Below are positions 1 through 8,319 of a stretch of 64,000 nucleotides of DNA, in pieces. The notes beneath the pieces are model-generated. The model was not told the origin of the DNA, did not search any database, and worked only from the letters and a program-made list of their open reading frames with translations. Position numbers and translations under genes: made by a program. The stretch is from Chloroflexia bacterium (GTDB lineage Bacteria > Chloroflexota > Chloroflexia > Thermomicrobiales > CADCWN01): contig JAXLWN010000007.1 of the NCBI GenBank assembly GCA_046328475.1, positions 20,001-84,000 of the forward strand. Reading direction: 5' to 3'. How positions within the stretch are numbered: position 1 is the first letter of the stretch; each line of letters opens with the position of its first letter.

Positions 1-1
1 G

Positions 2-1903
2 ACGGCGAACGCAACACCCACTCGGCGCACCGCCACGCGGACAGCAAAAAGGCCCACCGCAAAACGCACCGCCGCCGAGTCCACCCCCGAGACCACCGTC
101 CCCTCCGCCCCGGCAATCCAACCCGAACAGCCAGCACCAACCGCCGCGCCGAAGCGTCGCGGTCGCCCGCCCCGCGCCGCGCAGGCCGCAGCGGCGGAAG
201 CCACCGCACCGGTCGAGGTGAAGGCAGCGGTGCCCGAGGTGGCGGTTGCGCCGCCGCGCCAGGAGCGCCGCGCGCCGGATGGGCAGAAGCAGGCGACCGC
301 GCCCGCCGCGAGCGCGCCGACGGCGGCACCGATGGCCCCCATCGCCGCCGCCCCGGTCGTGCAGGCGCAAGCGCCGGGTGCGCAGCCGCAAGCCGCGGTC
401 GCGCCCGCGCCGATCCCGGCACCGGCGATGCCAGCGCCGGAGCGCGCCCCGGAACGGGCGCAGAATCCGCAGCAGCAGCGGCATGATAGGCAGCGCCACG
501 GCGCGAATGGTGCCGAGTCGAACGGTCGCCACGCCGCGCAGCAGTCGCGCCCGGTGGCCGAGGCCGCCGCCCCCGTGGCCGCGCCCCAGCCGCAGCGGCA
601 ACCCGAGCAGGCTCCGCCGCCCGCCGAGCGCGAGTCGCGCCAGCGCCCCAATACCATCGCGGTTGCCGAATTAGAGACGAAGACTGCCGATGAGTTGCGC
701 GAGATCGCCCGCGCGATCGGCATGACCGGCAGCCTGCGCTTCAACCGCTACGAGCTGGTCAATAAGATCCTGCAATATCAGACCGAGCAGCTCGGGCAGC
801 ACTACGGCGAAGGGGTGCTGGAGATCATCGAGGATGGCTTCGGCTTCCTGCGCGGCGAGCGGCTGCTCCCCGGCCAGGACGACATCTACGTCTCGCAGTC
901 GCAGATTCGCCGCTTCGGCCTCCGCACCGGCGACCGCGTCGCGGGCGTGGTGCGACCGCCGAAGGACAACGAGAAGTTCTTCAGCATGCTGCGCGTCGAG
1001 TCGGTCAACGGCGTTGACCCCGAGACCGCGCGCCGCCGCCCCGACTTCGAGAAGCTGACGCCGATCTTCCCGCTCGAATTGATCGACCTGGAGACGACGC
1101 AGAACGTGCTCTCCACGCGCCTCGTCAACCTCGTCGCCCCGATCGGGCGCGGGCAGCGCGGCCTGATCGTCTCGCCGCCGAAGGCCGGGAAGACGATCCT
1201 GCTGAAGTCGATCGCCAACGGCATCACCAGCAACTACGACGACATGCACCTGATGGTCTGCCTGATCGGCGAGCGCCCGGAGGAAGTGACCGACATGCGC
1301 CGCTCGGTGGACGGCGAGGTCATCAGCTCCACGTTCGACGAGCCGGTGGAGGACCACACCAAGGTCGCCGAGATGGCGCTGGAGCGCTCGAAGCGGCTGG
1401 TCGAGGGCGGGCGCGACGTGGTGATCCTGCTCGACTCGATCACGCGCCTCGCCCGCGCCTACAACCTGGCGGTCCCGCCGAGCGGGCGCACGCTCTCCGG
1501 CGGTATCGACCCGGTCGCGCTCTATCCGCCGAAGCGCTTCTTCGGCGCGGCGCGCAACATCGAGGGCGGCGGCTCGCTGACCATCATCGCCACCTGCCTG
1601 ATCGACACCGGTTCCCGCATGGACGACGTGATCTACGAGGAGTTCAAGGGGACCGGCAACATGGAGTTGCACCTCGACCGCAAGCTGGCCGAGCGCCGCA
1701 TCTACCCGTCGATCGACATCCAGCGCTCCGGCACCCGCCGCGAGGAGTTGCTGCTCGACGACCAGACGCTCAAGCAGGTCTGGACGATGCGCCGCATGGT
1801 CTCGATGCTCGGCGGCACCGAGGGCACCGAACTGGTGCTCAGCCGCCTCGCCAAGACCAAGACCAACCCCGAGTTCCTGCTCACGCTCAACAAGGAAGTC
1901 TAG
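2..1903 (+). CDS. rho: Transcription termination factor Rho with long low-complexity N-terminal extension; 5' end probably upstream of window
   Basis: ORF 218..1903 carries the Rho N-terminal/RNA-binding region (ELETKTADELREIARAIGMTG, EDGFGFLR, RFGLRTGD), Walker A PPKAGKT, LLDSITRLARAYN and C-terminal RSGTRREELL. The first ~190 aa are Ala/Pro/Gln/Arg-rich. The same frame is stop-free from nt 2 with the same composition (PKRRGRPPRAAQAAAAE), so GTG 218 is only the first in-window start candidate. Confidence 0.95.
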   Translation, partial: TANATPTRRTATRTAKRPTAKRTAAESTPETTVPSAPAIQPEQPAPTAAPKRRGRPPRAAQAAAAEATAPVEVKAAVPEVAVAPPRQERRAPDGQKQATAPAASAPTAAPMAPIAAAPVVQAQAPGAQPQAAVAPAPIPAPAMPAPERAPERAQNPQQQRHDRQRHGANGAESNGRHAAQQSRPVAEAAAPVAAPQPQRQPEQAPPPAERESRQRPNTIAVAELETKTADELREIARAIGMTGSLRFNRYELVNKILQYQTEQLGQHYGEGVLEIIEDGFGFLRGERLLPGQDDIYVSQSQIRRFGLRTGDRVAGVVRPPKDNEKFFSMLRVESVNGVDPETARRRPDFEKLTPIFPLELIDLETTQNVLSTRLVNLVAPIGRGQRGLIVSPPKAGKTILLKSIANGITSNYDDMHLMVCLIGERPEEVTDMRRSVDGEVISSTFDEPVEDHTKVAEMALERSKRLVEGGRDVVILLDSITRLARAYNLAVPPSGRTLSGGIDPVALYPPKRFFGAARNIEGGGSLTIIATCLIDTGSRMDDVIYEEFKGTGNMELHLDRKLAERRIYPSIDIQRSGTRREELLLDDQTLKQVWTMRRMVSMLGGTEGTELVLSRLAKTKTNPEFLLTLNKEV

Positions 1904-1936
1904 GGACCGGGCAGCGGCCACACACGACGCAACCGA

Positions 1937-1971
1937 GACACCGGGGCGGCTCTTGCAGCCGCCCCGGTGTC
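1937..1971 (+). terminator. GC-rich stem-loop 34 nt after the rho stop (14-bp perfect stem, 7-nt loop, no T-tract)
   Basis: Read directly: gacaccggggcggc-tcttgca-gccgccccggtgtc. It is followed by gtatact, not a T-run, so terminator function is inferred from position only. Confidence 0.5.
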
Positions 1972-2192
1972 GTATACTGACGCGAACGACACGTAGGCAG
2001 GGCGAACAATTCTCCGCGACAGCGGGAACACCGATCCAGCGGGGATTATTTGTCGTATAGAGACGTGAGAGGCCGAGCGCGCGACGCAGATCGCGCCAGC
2101 GACCGGAGCGCCGGACGTCGGTTCTTCCTCTCTCAGGAATTGATCGGTGACGCGGCAGCCTGACCCGCTGGGTGGCGTCGAGGAGGTGGACC

Positions 2193-2933
2193 ATGCTCAT
2201 GCGCCCCCTGGCCTTCTGCGCGCTGTTCCTGATGCTCGCCCTCACCGCCTGCGGTCGAGGGTCGGGTGCCAGCGTCGCGCCAACCAAAGCCCTCGTCGCG
2301 CCCACGGCGACGCCCAACATCGTCGCCACCCAGACCCGCGTCGCGGAGCTATCGCAACTCGCGACGCTGACCGCGCCGACGGCCGTCGCGGCCCTGGCCA
2401 CGCCGACGGCAAAACCAACAGGTAACAGCGAGCTGGCGAAGGGGAACCTCGTCGGGCGCACGTCGAACTCGGACACCTTCGTCGGCATGGTCGTCAATGG
2501 CGACGAGGTGATGGCCTACGTCTGCGACGGCAAGAACATGTCCCAGTGGTTCACCGGCAAGGTGCAGGGCGATCAGATCAACCTCAGCGCGGAAAATGGC
2601 GCAAAAATGACCGCGTCGGTCAAGAAATCGGCAACCACGTCCGAAGTGCAGGCGACCACCGGCACCTTCCTCGATTCTACGGGCCAGTCGCTCAGCTTCA
2701 CCTCCAATGCCACGGACAATCTCGGCAAGGCCGGGCTCTATCGCGCCTCCGGCACCTCGGGCGAGAGCAAGATGACGATGGGCGTGATCGTCCTGCCGGA
2801 CGGCAATCTGCGCGGCATCCTCCAGGTGGGGTCGCAACTGATCCCGGTGACCAACCCCACCTTCGCCACCAACAGCCTCACCGCCACCTTCCCGAATATC
2901 GGTCCACTCGTTGCGCAGAAAGCGGGTTCGTAG
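2193..2933 (+). CDS. Putative secreted lipoprotein, no recognisable domain
   Basis: ATG 2193 is preceded by GGAGG (2182-2186). The N-terminus MLMRPLAFCALFLMLALTACG is a signal peptide plus lipobox (LTAC), followed by a Thr/Ala/Pro linker and a Ser/Thr/Gly-rich body. The ORF-track start 2172 is an upstream alternative. Confidence 0.7.
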   Translation: MLMRPLAFCALFLMLALTACGRGSGASVAPTKALVAPTATPNIVATQTRVAELSQLATLTAPTAVAALATPTAKPTGNSELAKGNLVGRTSNSDTFVGMVVNGDEVMAYVCDGKNMSQWFTGKVQGDQINLSAENGAKMTASVKKSATTSEVQATTGTFLDSTGQSLSFTSNATDNLGKAGLYRASGTSGESKMTMGVIVLPDGNLRGILQVGSQLIPVTNPTFATNSLTATFPNIGPLVAQKAGS

Positions 2934-2952
2934 CGGTGCGAGCGTTCCAGAG

Positions 2953-2989
2953 GTAAAGCAGCACTTTGGCTATCAGAGTGCTGCTTTAC
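2953..2989 (+). terminator. Stem-loop 20 nt after the lipoprotein stop (13-bp stem, 11-nt loop)
   Basis: Read directly: gtaaagcagcact-ttggctatcag-agtgctgctttac. It marks the left edge of an A/T-richer patch. Confidence 0.45.
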
Positions 2990-3563
2990 TTAACAATGTA
3001 GCCTGGCCTCTTGAAGGCCCTGTACTCCAAAAATGCCCATGATCGTTGCTATTCAGGCCATTTGGGTAGCCCGAGCTGAGGCAACAGAATATAAGCTCGG
3101 TGCCGGACGAACTGGTCTCCCCGAAGCACTTGCCTTTCCGCAGATTGCCGTCACCGAAAACCCCAGCGAGCACGTCTTTGTGTTGCACCAGATAAGGAAC
3201 ATCACATCGCTTGACCGTGCTTCAGAACTCACGAAAATACGGCCATTCGGCAGCGTTTTCCATCATGGTCGCATCCGGATCTATCCGCCTGACGACCCTT
3301 CCGGCGTGAGGGTGATGTACTAAGGGCAGGAGGCTACTCCAACGGGCAAAGAGTCTGCGTTCACGCTATGCTTGCATGAGTGGGGCAGGGTGCGCTACGA
3401 CCTGAGCCGGGACATCCTTCGGGACCGGTTTTGCGAGCAATGGATCTTGAATATCGGCACCTGCACCGAGTTTCGGCCGGATATCTTCCTCGACTCCGAG
3501 CCGAGCGTGACCTACACCCGACTTGAGCAGATGCAGTGAGCTACCAGGGAGCACCGAGAGGAT

Positions 3564-3894
3564 ATGCGCTATTTCGTGCTGGCACTCGAAACCGGAGACG
3601 CCCTGAGCGACGAGGGGCTGCCGGTGGCCTGGGCAACCTGCCCCGACCTCCCCGGCGCTGTACGAGGAAGCTCCCACCGCCGACGAGGCGCTGCAACAGC
3701 TGCGTGCTCTCGCGCACACATCATCGCCGAGCACATCGTGCGCGAGGATCCCGCTCGATCCGGCGATCATCGACACAAATATGCCGCCACCCAACGCGTC
3801 CGACCCTGACACGCTCACCATCGCCATAACCGACGAGGAGATCGAAGCCGTCCGCGCCCTGCCGCTGCTGACGATCGAGCAGCCGGAACCGTAA
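3564..3894 (+). pseudogene. HicB/UPF0150-like antitoxin remnant split over two reading frames
   Basis: MRYFVLALETGD..GLPVAWATCPDLPG resembles the HicB-family N-terminal motif (..PDLPGC..). The expected continuation (EAPTADEALQQLRALA / IIAEHIVRE / IPLDPAIIDTN..IEQPEP*) alternates between the 3564 frame and a second frame that ends at TAA 3892-3894. This implies at least 2 frameshifts. The assignment is weak and motif-level only. Confidence 0.35.
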
Positions 3895-4055
3895 CGAGTG
3901 CGGGAGTGCTGAGTGCTGAGTGCTGAGTAAGTCGAGTCAATACCGTGGTGATAGAGGGGCGGCGAAATGCTCGCCGTCTTCTATCACCAGCACCGTTCGT
4001 ACTTCTATCACGGGAGACACTCAGCACTCAGCACTCAGCACTCCGCACTCGTTAC
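3891..4055. repeat. 38-nt inverted repeat built from (GTGCTGA)3 heptamer arrays around a 90-bp core with its own hairpin
   Basis: The left arm gtaacgagtgcgggagtgctgagtgctgagtgctgagt (3891-3928) and the right arm actcagcactcagcactcagcactccgcactcgttac (4019-4055) are reverse complements apart from one extra G. The inner hairpin runs 3948-3987. Confidence 0.9.
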
Positions 4056-5083
4056 GCTGGCACGTAGAGGCGCGGTGCTTCGACGTAGTCGTCCATGTCT
4101 TCGCGCATGTAGATGAAGGTCGCGCCCTCCATGTTGGTGGCGGCGGAGGGGTTGCCCGCGCGGTCGAGCGCGATGATGTTCATGCGGCTGACCCACGGGC
4201 CACCAAGCGATTTCAGGTCGTTCATCGATTCGAGCAGCGCGGCTTCCAGCGTCATCCCCATCTTCATGTAGAGGACGACGCTGTGCGCGGTGGCGCAGCG
4301 CATCGCCATCTCGCCGTGCCCGGTGCAGGCCGCCGCGCCGTAGCGGTTGTCGGCATAGTTCCCGGCCGCGATGATCGGGGAGTCGCCGAGCCGACCCGGG
4401 TACTTCCACGACCAGCCGCTCGTGCTGACGCCGCAGGCGATGTTGCCATCCTTGTCCTGCGCGATGAAGTTGACCGTGCCGGTCGGGCGCTCCGGATCGG
4501 CCGCGCGCCGCGAGAGTTCGGTCATCTTCTCCATGAACAGCGCTTCGCCGGGAGAGTACTCCGTGTCGCGGCGCAGCCCCTTCTCCCAGATCGCCTTCGC
4601 CTCCGGCGTCAGCAGGTCGCGCTCGGGAAAGCCCTGGTCGCGCGCGAAGCGGTCGGCACCCGCGCCCACGATCAGGACGTGGGGCAGCTCCTCCATCACC
4701 TTGCGCGCCACCTCGATCGGGTGCTCGATCCCGTGGATCGCGCCGACGCAGCCCGCCGCCAGCGTGTTGCCATCCATCAGCGAGGCGTCCAGTTCGACCT
4801 CGCCCAGCAGATTCGGCAGCCCCGAATAACCGACGCTGTGATCCTCCGGGTTGCTCTCCACCGGCTTGATCCCGGCCACCACCGCGTCGAGCGCGCTGCC
4901 ACCCTGGCGCAGCACCTCCACCGCCTGCTTGATACCGACCCGCCCGTTACTACTCGCGACGACGATCACCGCAGCCCTCCCCACAGATCCAATTCCCACA
5001 ATCGTGCGCGTTGCGCCGACCACGCGCATTCTACCCGATGCGAAGAGCTGGCGAATGTCAATACAGTGTCGCATGAACCTCAA
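4052..5083 (-). CDS. Asparaginase-2 family Ntn hydrolase (glycosylasparaginase / isoaspartyl peptidase-like)
   Basis: The motifs TGTVNFIAQDKDGNIACGVSTSG and PGRLGDSPIIAAGNYADNRYGAAACTGHGE match the autoprocessing Thr and active-site regions of the family. The true start may be the internal Met at 5029 (MRVVGATR..). Confidence 0.85.
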   Translation of the reverse strand: MRFMRHCIDIRQLFASGRMRVVGATRTIVGIGSVGRAAVIVVASSNGRVGIKQAVEVLRQGGSALDAVVAGIKPVESNPEDHSVGYSGLPNLLGEVELDASLMDGNTLAAGCVGAIHGIEHPIEVARKVMEELPHVLIVGAGADRFARDQGFPERDLLTPEAKAIWEKGLRRDTEYSPGEALFMEKMTELSRRAADPERPTGTVNFIAQDKDGNIACGVSTSGWSWKYPGRLGDSPIIAAGNYADNRYGAAACTGHGEMAMRCATAHSVVLYMKMGMTLEAALLESMNDLKSLGGPWVSRMNIIALDRAGNPSAATNMEGATFIYMREDMDDYVEAPRLYVPA

Positions 5084-5133
5084 ATAATCTTTGAGGAATC
5101 GCCTACAGCCAGAGGCAGGTTACGCCAATCACG

Positions 5134-6090
5134 TCACCTTCCGCCGCGCGCCAGCACGACGACCCCACCGACGACCAGCGCCGCGCCGAGGAGTTGGACC
5201 GGGGCGAGGTATTGGTCGAGGATGAGCGCGGCGAAGATAATCGAGAGGGCCGGTTCGATGGTGGCGGCGATGGCGACGTTGCCGGCCGGGAGGCGGCTGA
5301 GCGCGACCGTGTAGAGGGTGAGCGGCAGCAGCGTCACCAGGACGCCGACGGCGAGCGCGATGCGCAGCAAGGTCCAGGCGTCGGGGAGCATGGGGAGGCC
5401 GATGAATGCGGGCGCGCTGCCGGCCGGGGTGGCGAAGAGTTGCAGCGGGATCAGGCCGAGGCAGCCGATACTCAAGGTGTAAAAGAGGACGGTTGTGAAA
5501 TGGTAGTGGCGCAGCAGGGGGCGCGAGAAGAGAGCGTAATAGGCGTAGGTGGCCGCCGAGACGACGCCGAGCAGCACGCCGAGCAGGCTGAATTGGCCGC
5601 TGCGCCAGGGCGCGACGACGACGAAGGTGCCGAGCAGGCAGAGACACAAGGCCAGCAGCTTGCGCCGCGTCAGCGCCTCGCCGAACCAGCGCGCCGAGGC
5701 GAGCGTGACGAACGCCGGGAAGAGGTAGAGCAGGGCGGTGCCGACCGGCACGCTGTTCAGCTGGTAGGTGTAGATCAGCGCCGGATAGAAGATGGTGATG
5801 TAGACGAAGCCGAGCAGTGCCAGTTGCGGCAGGTGGTGACGCGCCACGCGCAGGCCGTCGCGCCGCGCCAGCAGCAGGTAGAGCCCGAGCAGCGCGGCGG
5901 CGGTGAGCCCGCGCACCAGCACCACCGTCAGCGGGCTGATCGCGGCGTTCTCCAGCACCAGCGCGAAGACGATCCCGGTGATCGACCAGAAGGTGACGGC
6001 CGCGAAGACGAGCAGATAGGTCGCCAGGGGCGCGCTTTCGTGATCGCGAACCGGGGCCAGCGGGGCGGCTTCGCTCGTCGCCACCGTCAC
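5134..6090 (-). CDS. EamA/DMT-superfamily transporter (about 10 TM helices)
   Basis: The protein is hydrophobic throughout with the duplicated 5-TM EamA-like pattern. The GTG start overlaps the upstream gene's stop by 4 nt (GTGA). Confidence 0.8.
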   Translation of the reverse strand: MTVATSEAAPLAPVRDHESAPLATYLLVFAAVTFWSITGIVFALVLENAAISPLTVVLVRGLTAAALLGLYLLLARRDGLRVARHHLPQLALLGFVYITIFYPALIYTYQLNSVPVGTALLYLFPAFVTLASARWFGEALTRRKLLALCLCLLGTFVVVAPWRSGQFSLLGVLLGVVSAATYAYYALFSRPLLRHYHFTTVLFYTLSIGCLGLIPLQLFATPAGSAPAFIGLPMLPDAWTLLRIALAVGVLVTLLPLTLYTVALSRLPAGNVAIAATIEPALSIIFAALILDQYLAPVQLLGAALVVGGVVVLARGGR

Positions 6091-7080
6091 AGCTCGGCGC
6101 GCTGGCCGCGCCCGGTCGCCTCGGCGCGCTCCACGGCGAAGCGGGCGACGGCGATATCCTGCACGGCGTTGCCGACCGACTTGAAGAAGGTGATCTGCTC
6201 CGCGCCGGTGCGCCCCGGCTTGTCGCCGCTGGCGATCTGCCCCAGTTCGGTCTCGATGTGGGCGCGGTCGATCAGCCCGGCATTCAGCGGCTTGACCAGG
6301 TCGCCCGCCTCGGCCAACGCCGCCGCTACCTCGTCCACGACGACGTAGGCGCGCACGACGGTCGCGGGCGGCACCTCCTGCATCGCCGGGGTGTAGGCCC
6401 CGACCGCGTTGATGTGTGCGCCGGGCTTAAGGTCGGCGTCGTCGAACAGCGGCTCGGTCGCATTCGTCGCGGTGCAGATGATGTCGGCCTCCCTGGTCGC
6501 GGCGCGCAGGTCATCGGCCACGCTCGCCCGCGCGCCAAGTTCGGGCAATTCGGCCCGCAGGCGCTCCACCAGCCCCTCGGCGCGAGCGCGCGTGCGCGAG
6601 GTGATCAGGATGCGCTCGATGCCGGGTCGGGCGGTGGCGACGGCCCAGATCTGCGTGAAGGCCTGCGCCCCCGCGCCGATGCTGAGGAGCGTCTTCGAGT
6701 CCTCGCGTGCCAGCAACTCGGTCGCCTTGCCCGAGACCGCGCCGGTGCGGAGCGCGGTGAGGAAGGTGCCGTCGAGGATGGCGAGTGGCTTGCCCGTCTC
6801 GGCGTCGATCACCCCGACAATCGCCATGATCGTCGGCAGGCCGCGTTCGCGGTTGCAGGGAAAAGACGGAAACGATCTTCATGCCGAGGCCGCCCACGGC
6901 CGGAACGGCGGCGGGCATGAAGAGGGTGACGCCGCCCAGCCAAGCCATGTTGTGCAGCGGCGGCGGAAGCGGCGACTGCGCCCGCCCCGCCGAAAGCTCG
7001 GCGAACGCCACGCCCATCAGCCGGATCGCCTCTTTCATCGGGACCAGTGCGCGCACATCGGCGGCGGAGAGGATGAGCAT
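6087..7080 (-). pseudogene. Ornithine cyclodeaminase / mu-crystallin family gene interrupted by a 1-nt frameshift
   Basis: The N-terminal 70 aa (MLILSAADVRALVPMKEAIRLM..GMKIVSVF) are in the 7080 frame. The remainder (..MAIVGVIDAETGKPLAILDGTFLTALRTGAVSG..) is in the 6827 frame. Removing one T/A from the run at 6858-6865 (gggaaaag) restores VFPCNRERGLPTIMAIVGV. Confidence 0.85.
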
Positions 7081-7108
7081 CGGGGTACCTCGCTATCGTT
7101 AACGTCGA

Positions 7109-7140
7109 TTCGTGCGTTCGTGCGTTCGTGCGTTCGTGCG
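7109..7140. repeat. Tandem octamer array (TTCGTGCG)4
   Basis: Read directly, just upstream of the OCD-like gene start. Confidence 0.9.
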
Positions 7141-7290
7141 TTGGTGGGGGTGGCGGATTGAGTGCGGCGGTTTGGGTGCATCGGCGGTTGAAACCGCGCC
7201 TGAGGGCGACTGCGGTCGCCACGAAATCGCCCTGCGGCGGTTAGGTCCCAACTTCGAGGTGTGGCTCAACCCGCCCGTGCCAACCGCACC

Positions 7291-7327
7291 CGTTCGCCCG
7301 TTCGCCCTTCACCCTTCACCCTTCTCC
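7291..7327. repeat. Short tandem array: (GTTCGCCC)2 then (CTTCACC)2 CTTCTCC
   Basis: Read directly. It overlaps the 3' end of the HTH-like remnant. Confidence 0.8.
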
Positions 7328-7720
7328 GCCCGCGCCTCACCGAGCGACGAGCGGAAGCGGGCGAGGATTTGCGGCCAGGGGGGTGGGTCGAGGGTGGCGG
7401 TCGCCTCCAGTTCGCGCAATTCACCGGCGTGCCTGTCGCGCTGGTGCCGCCAGCCCTCGGAGAGGTAGCGCACGGTCTTGGGGTTGTGGCCCGCGAGTGC
7501 GGTATGCTCGGTGCGGATGGCGCTCTCCAGCGTGCGCCGCCGCCCGCGCAGATAGACTTTGCGATAGAACCTCCGCCAGCCAGCGGTGCTGATCGAGAAG
7601 CGCCGCGCGATTGCCCGATAGCCGCTCGTCGCCCTCGGCGATGGCGGCGCGCAACCGCCGCTCGAAATCGGCCAGGATGGTGACGCGCTTGAGCGATTGC
7701 GTACTGTTCCACGAATGCAC
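7309..7720 (-). pseudogene. Small HTH-type DNA-binding protein remnant (frameshifted)
   Basis: MHSWNSTQSLKRVTILADFERRLRAAIAEGDERL (frame of 7720) continues as YRAIARRFSISTAGWRRFYRKVYLRGRRRTLESAIRTEHTALAGHNPKTVRYLSEGW.. in the 7309..7770 frame. The GYRAIARRFSIS stretch looks like a helix-turn-helix. The family was not identified. Confidence 0.35.
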
Positions 7721-7727
7721 CCCGAGA

Positions 7728-8190
7728 CTAGCGCGACAAATCCACGCACGCTTGGCGGCTCCGGTACCACGGCCGGAGAGGTGCCAAAGTCAGCAGACTT
7801 GGATTGCGCTCATAATAGCTTACAAACCAAGCGAGAAGTCCATCCCACTCACGAAAATCCCCCTGGTTGCTGGAGTGACCATCCAATCTCTTTCAATAGC
7901 GCGTTGCCTTTTGGCTGAGTTACGAAACTGCGAGGTTGTCACCCAGTTCGAGCGTTCATCTTTTCCGCCCCGCGCAACGGGGACGACATGATCCAAGGTC
8001 GGATATAGTTCCCAGTACATTATGTGACAATCGCTCATCTTCCAATTCGATTGGTAAGGCAATTCTTCGGGTAGAAGGCAGGAGAGTAGGCGCAAAGCAC
8101 CTGAAAAAACTAGTCGGTTTCCCAGAGTATCGGTCGACAAACCCATCGTCTATAAATAGGGCTGTCTGATCGTAGACAGAATAATTACGA
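7728..8190 (-). pseudogene. HNH endonuclease gene with at least 2 frameshifts, in an A/T-richer patch
   Basis: There are three out-of-frame pieces. (1) YSVYDQTALFIDDGFVDRYSGK. (2) RLVFSGALRLLSCLLPEELPYQSNWKMSDCHIMYWELYPTLDHVVPVARGGKDERSNWVTTSQFRNSAK, which carries the HNH core DH..P..GG..N..N. (3) WDGLLAWFVSYYERNPSLL. Together they follow the order of a ~200-aa HNH family that I recall from memory. Confidence 0.7.
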
Positions 8191-8217
8191 CCGGCAGAAA
8201 TTATCGGGACGAATGCA

Positions 8218-8316
8218 GAATTGAGAATTGAGAATTGAGAAAGGGCGGGTGGGTAAGCGCACGACCTGGCCTGCCGCCGACCCATTTCTACATTCTACAT
8301 TCTCAATTCTCAATTC
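8218..8316. repeat. Inverted heptamer arrays (GAATTGA)3 ... (TTCTACA)2(TCTCAAT)2 around a ~60-bp core
   Basis: gaattgagaattgagaattga (8218-8238) is complementary to tctcaattctcaattc (8301-8316). Confidence 0.85.
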
Positions 8317-8319
8317 CGT

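Noticed and set aside
671-2497. 608-aa ORF antisense to rho. Similar very long antisense or alternate-frame ORFs occur at 22463..25348 (over lon), 46155..49904 (over the Pat-like gene), 38689..40941 (over acnA), 17641..19773, 28056..29864 and 4371..5314, among others.
   Set aside because: These are typical high-GC shadow ORFs. They are Arg/Ala/Gly/Pro-rich low-complexity translations with no motifs. Each overlaps a strand/frame that encodes a clearly recognisable protein.
3366-3827. 153-aa minus-strand ORF overlapping the HicB-like region.
   Set aside because: It has a Ser/Gly/Ala-rich, featureless translation. It is antisense to the more plausible, though degraded, plus-strand reading.
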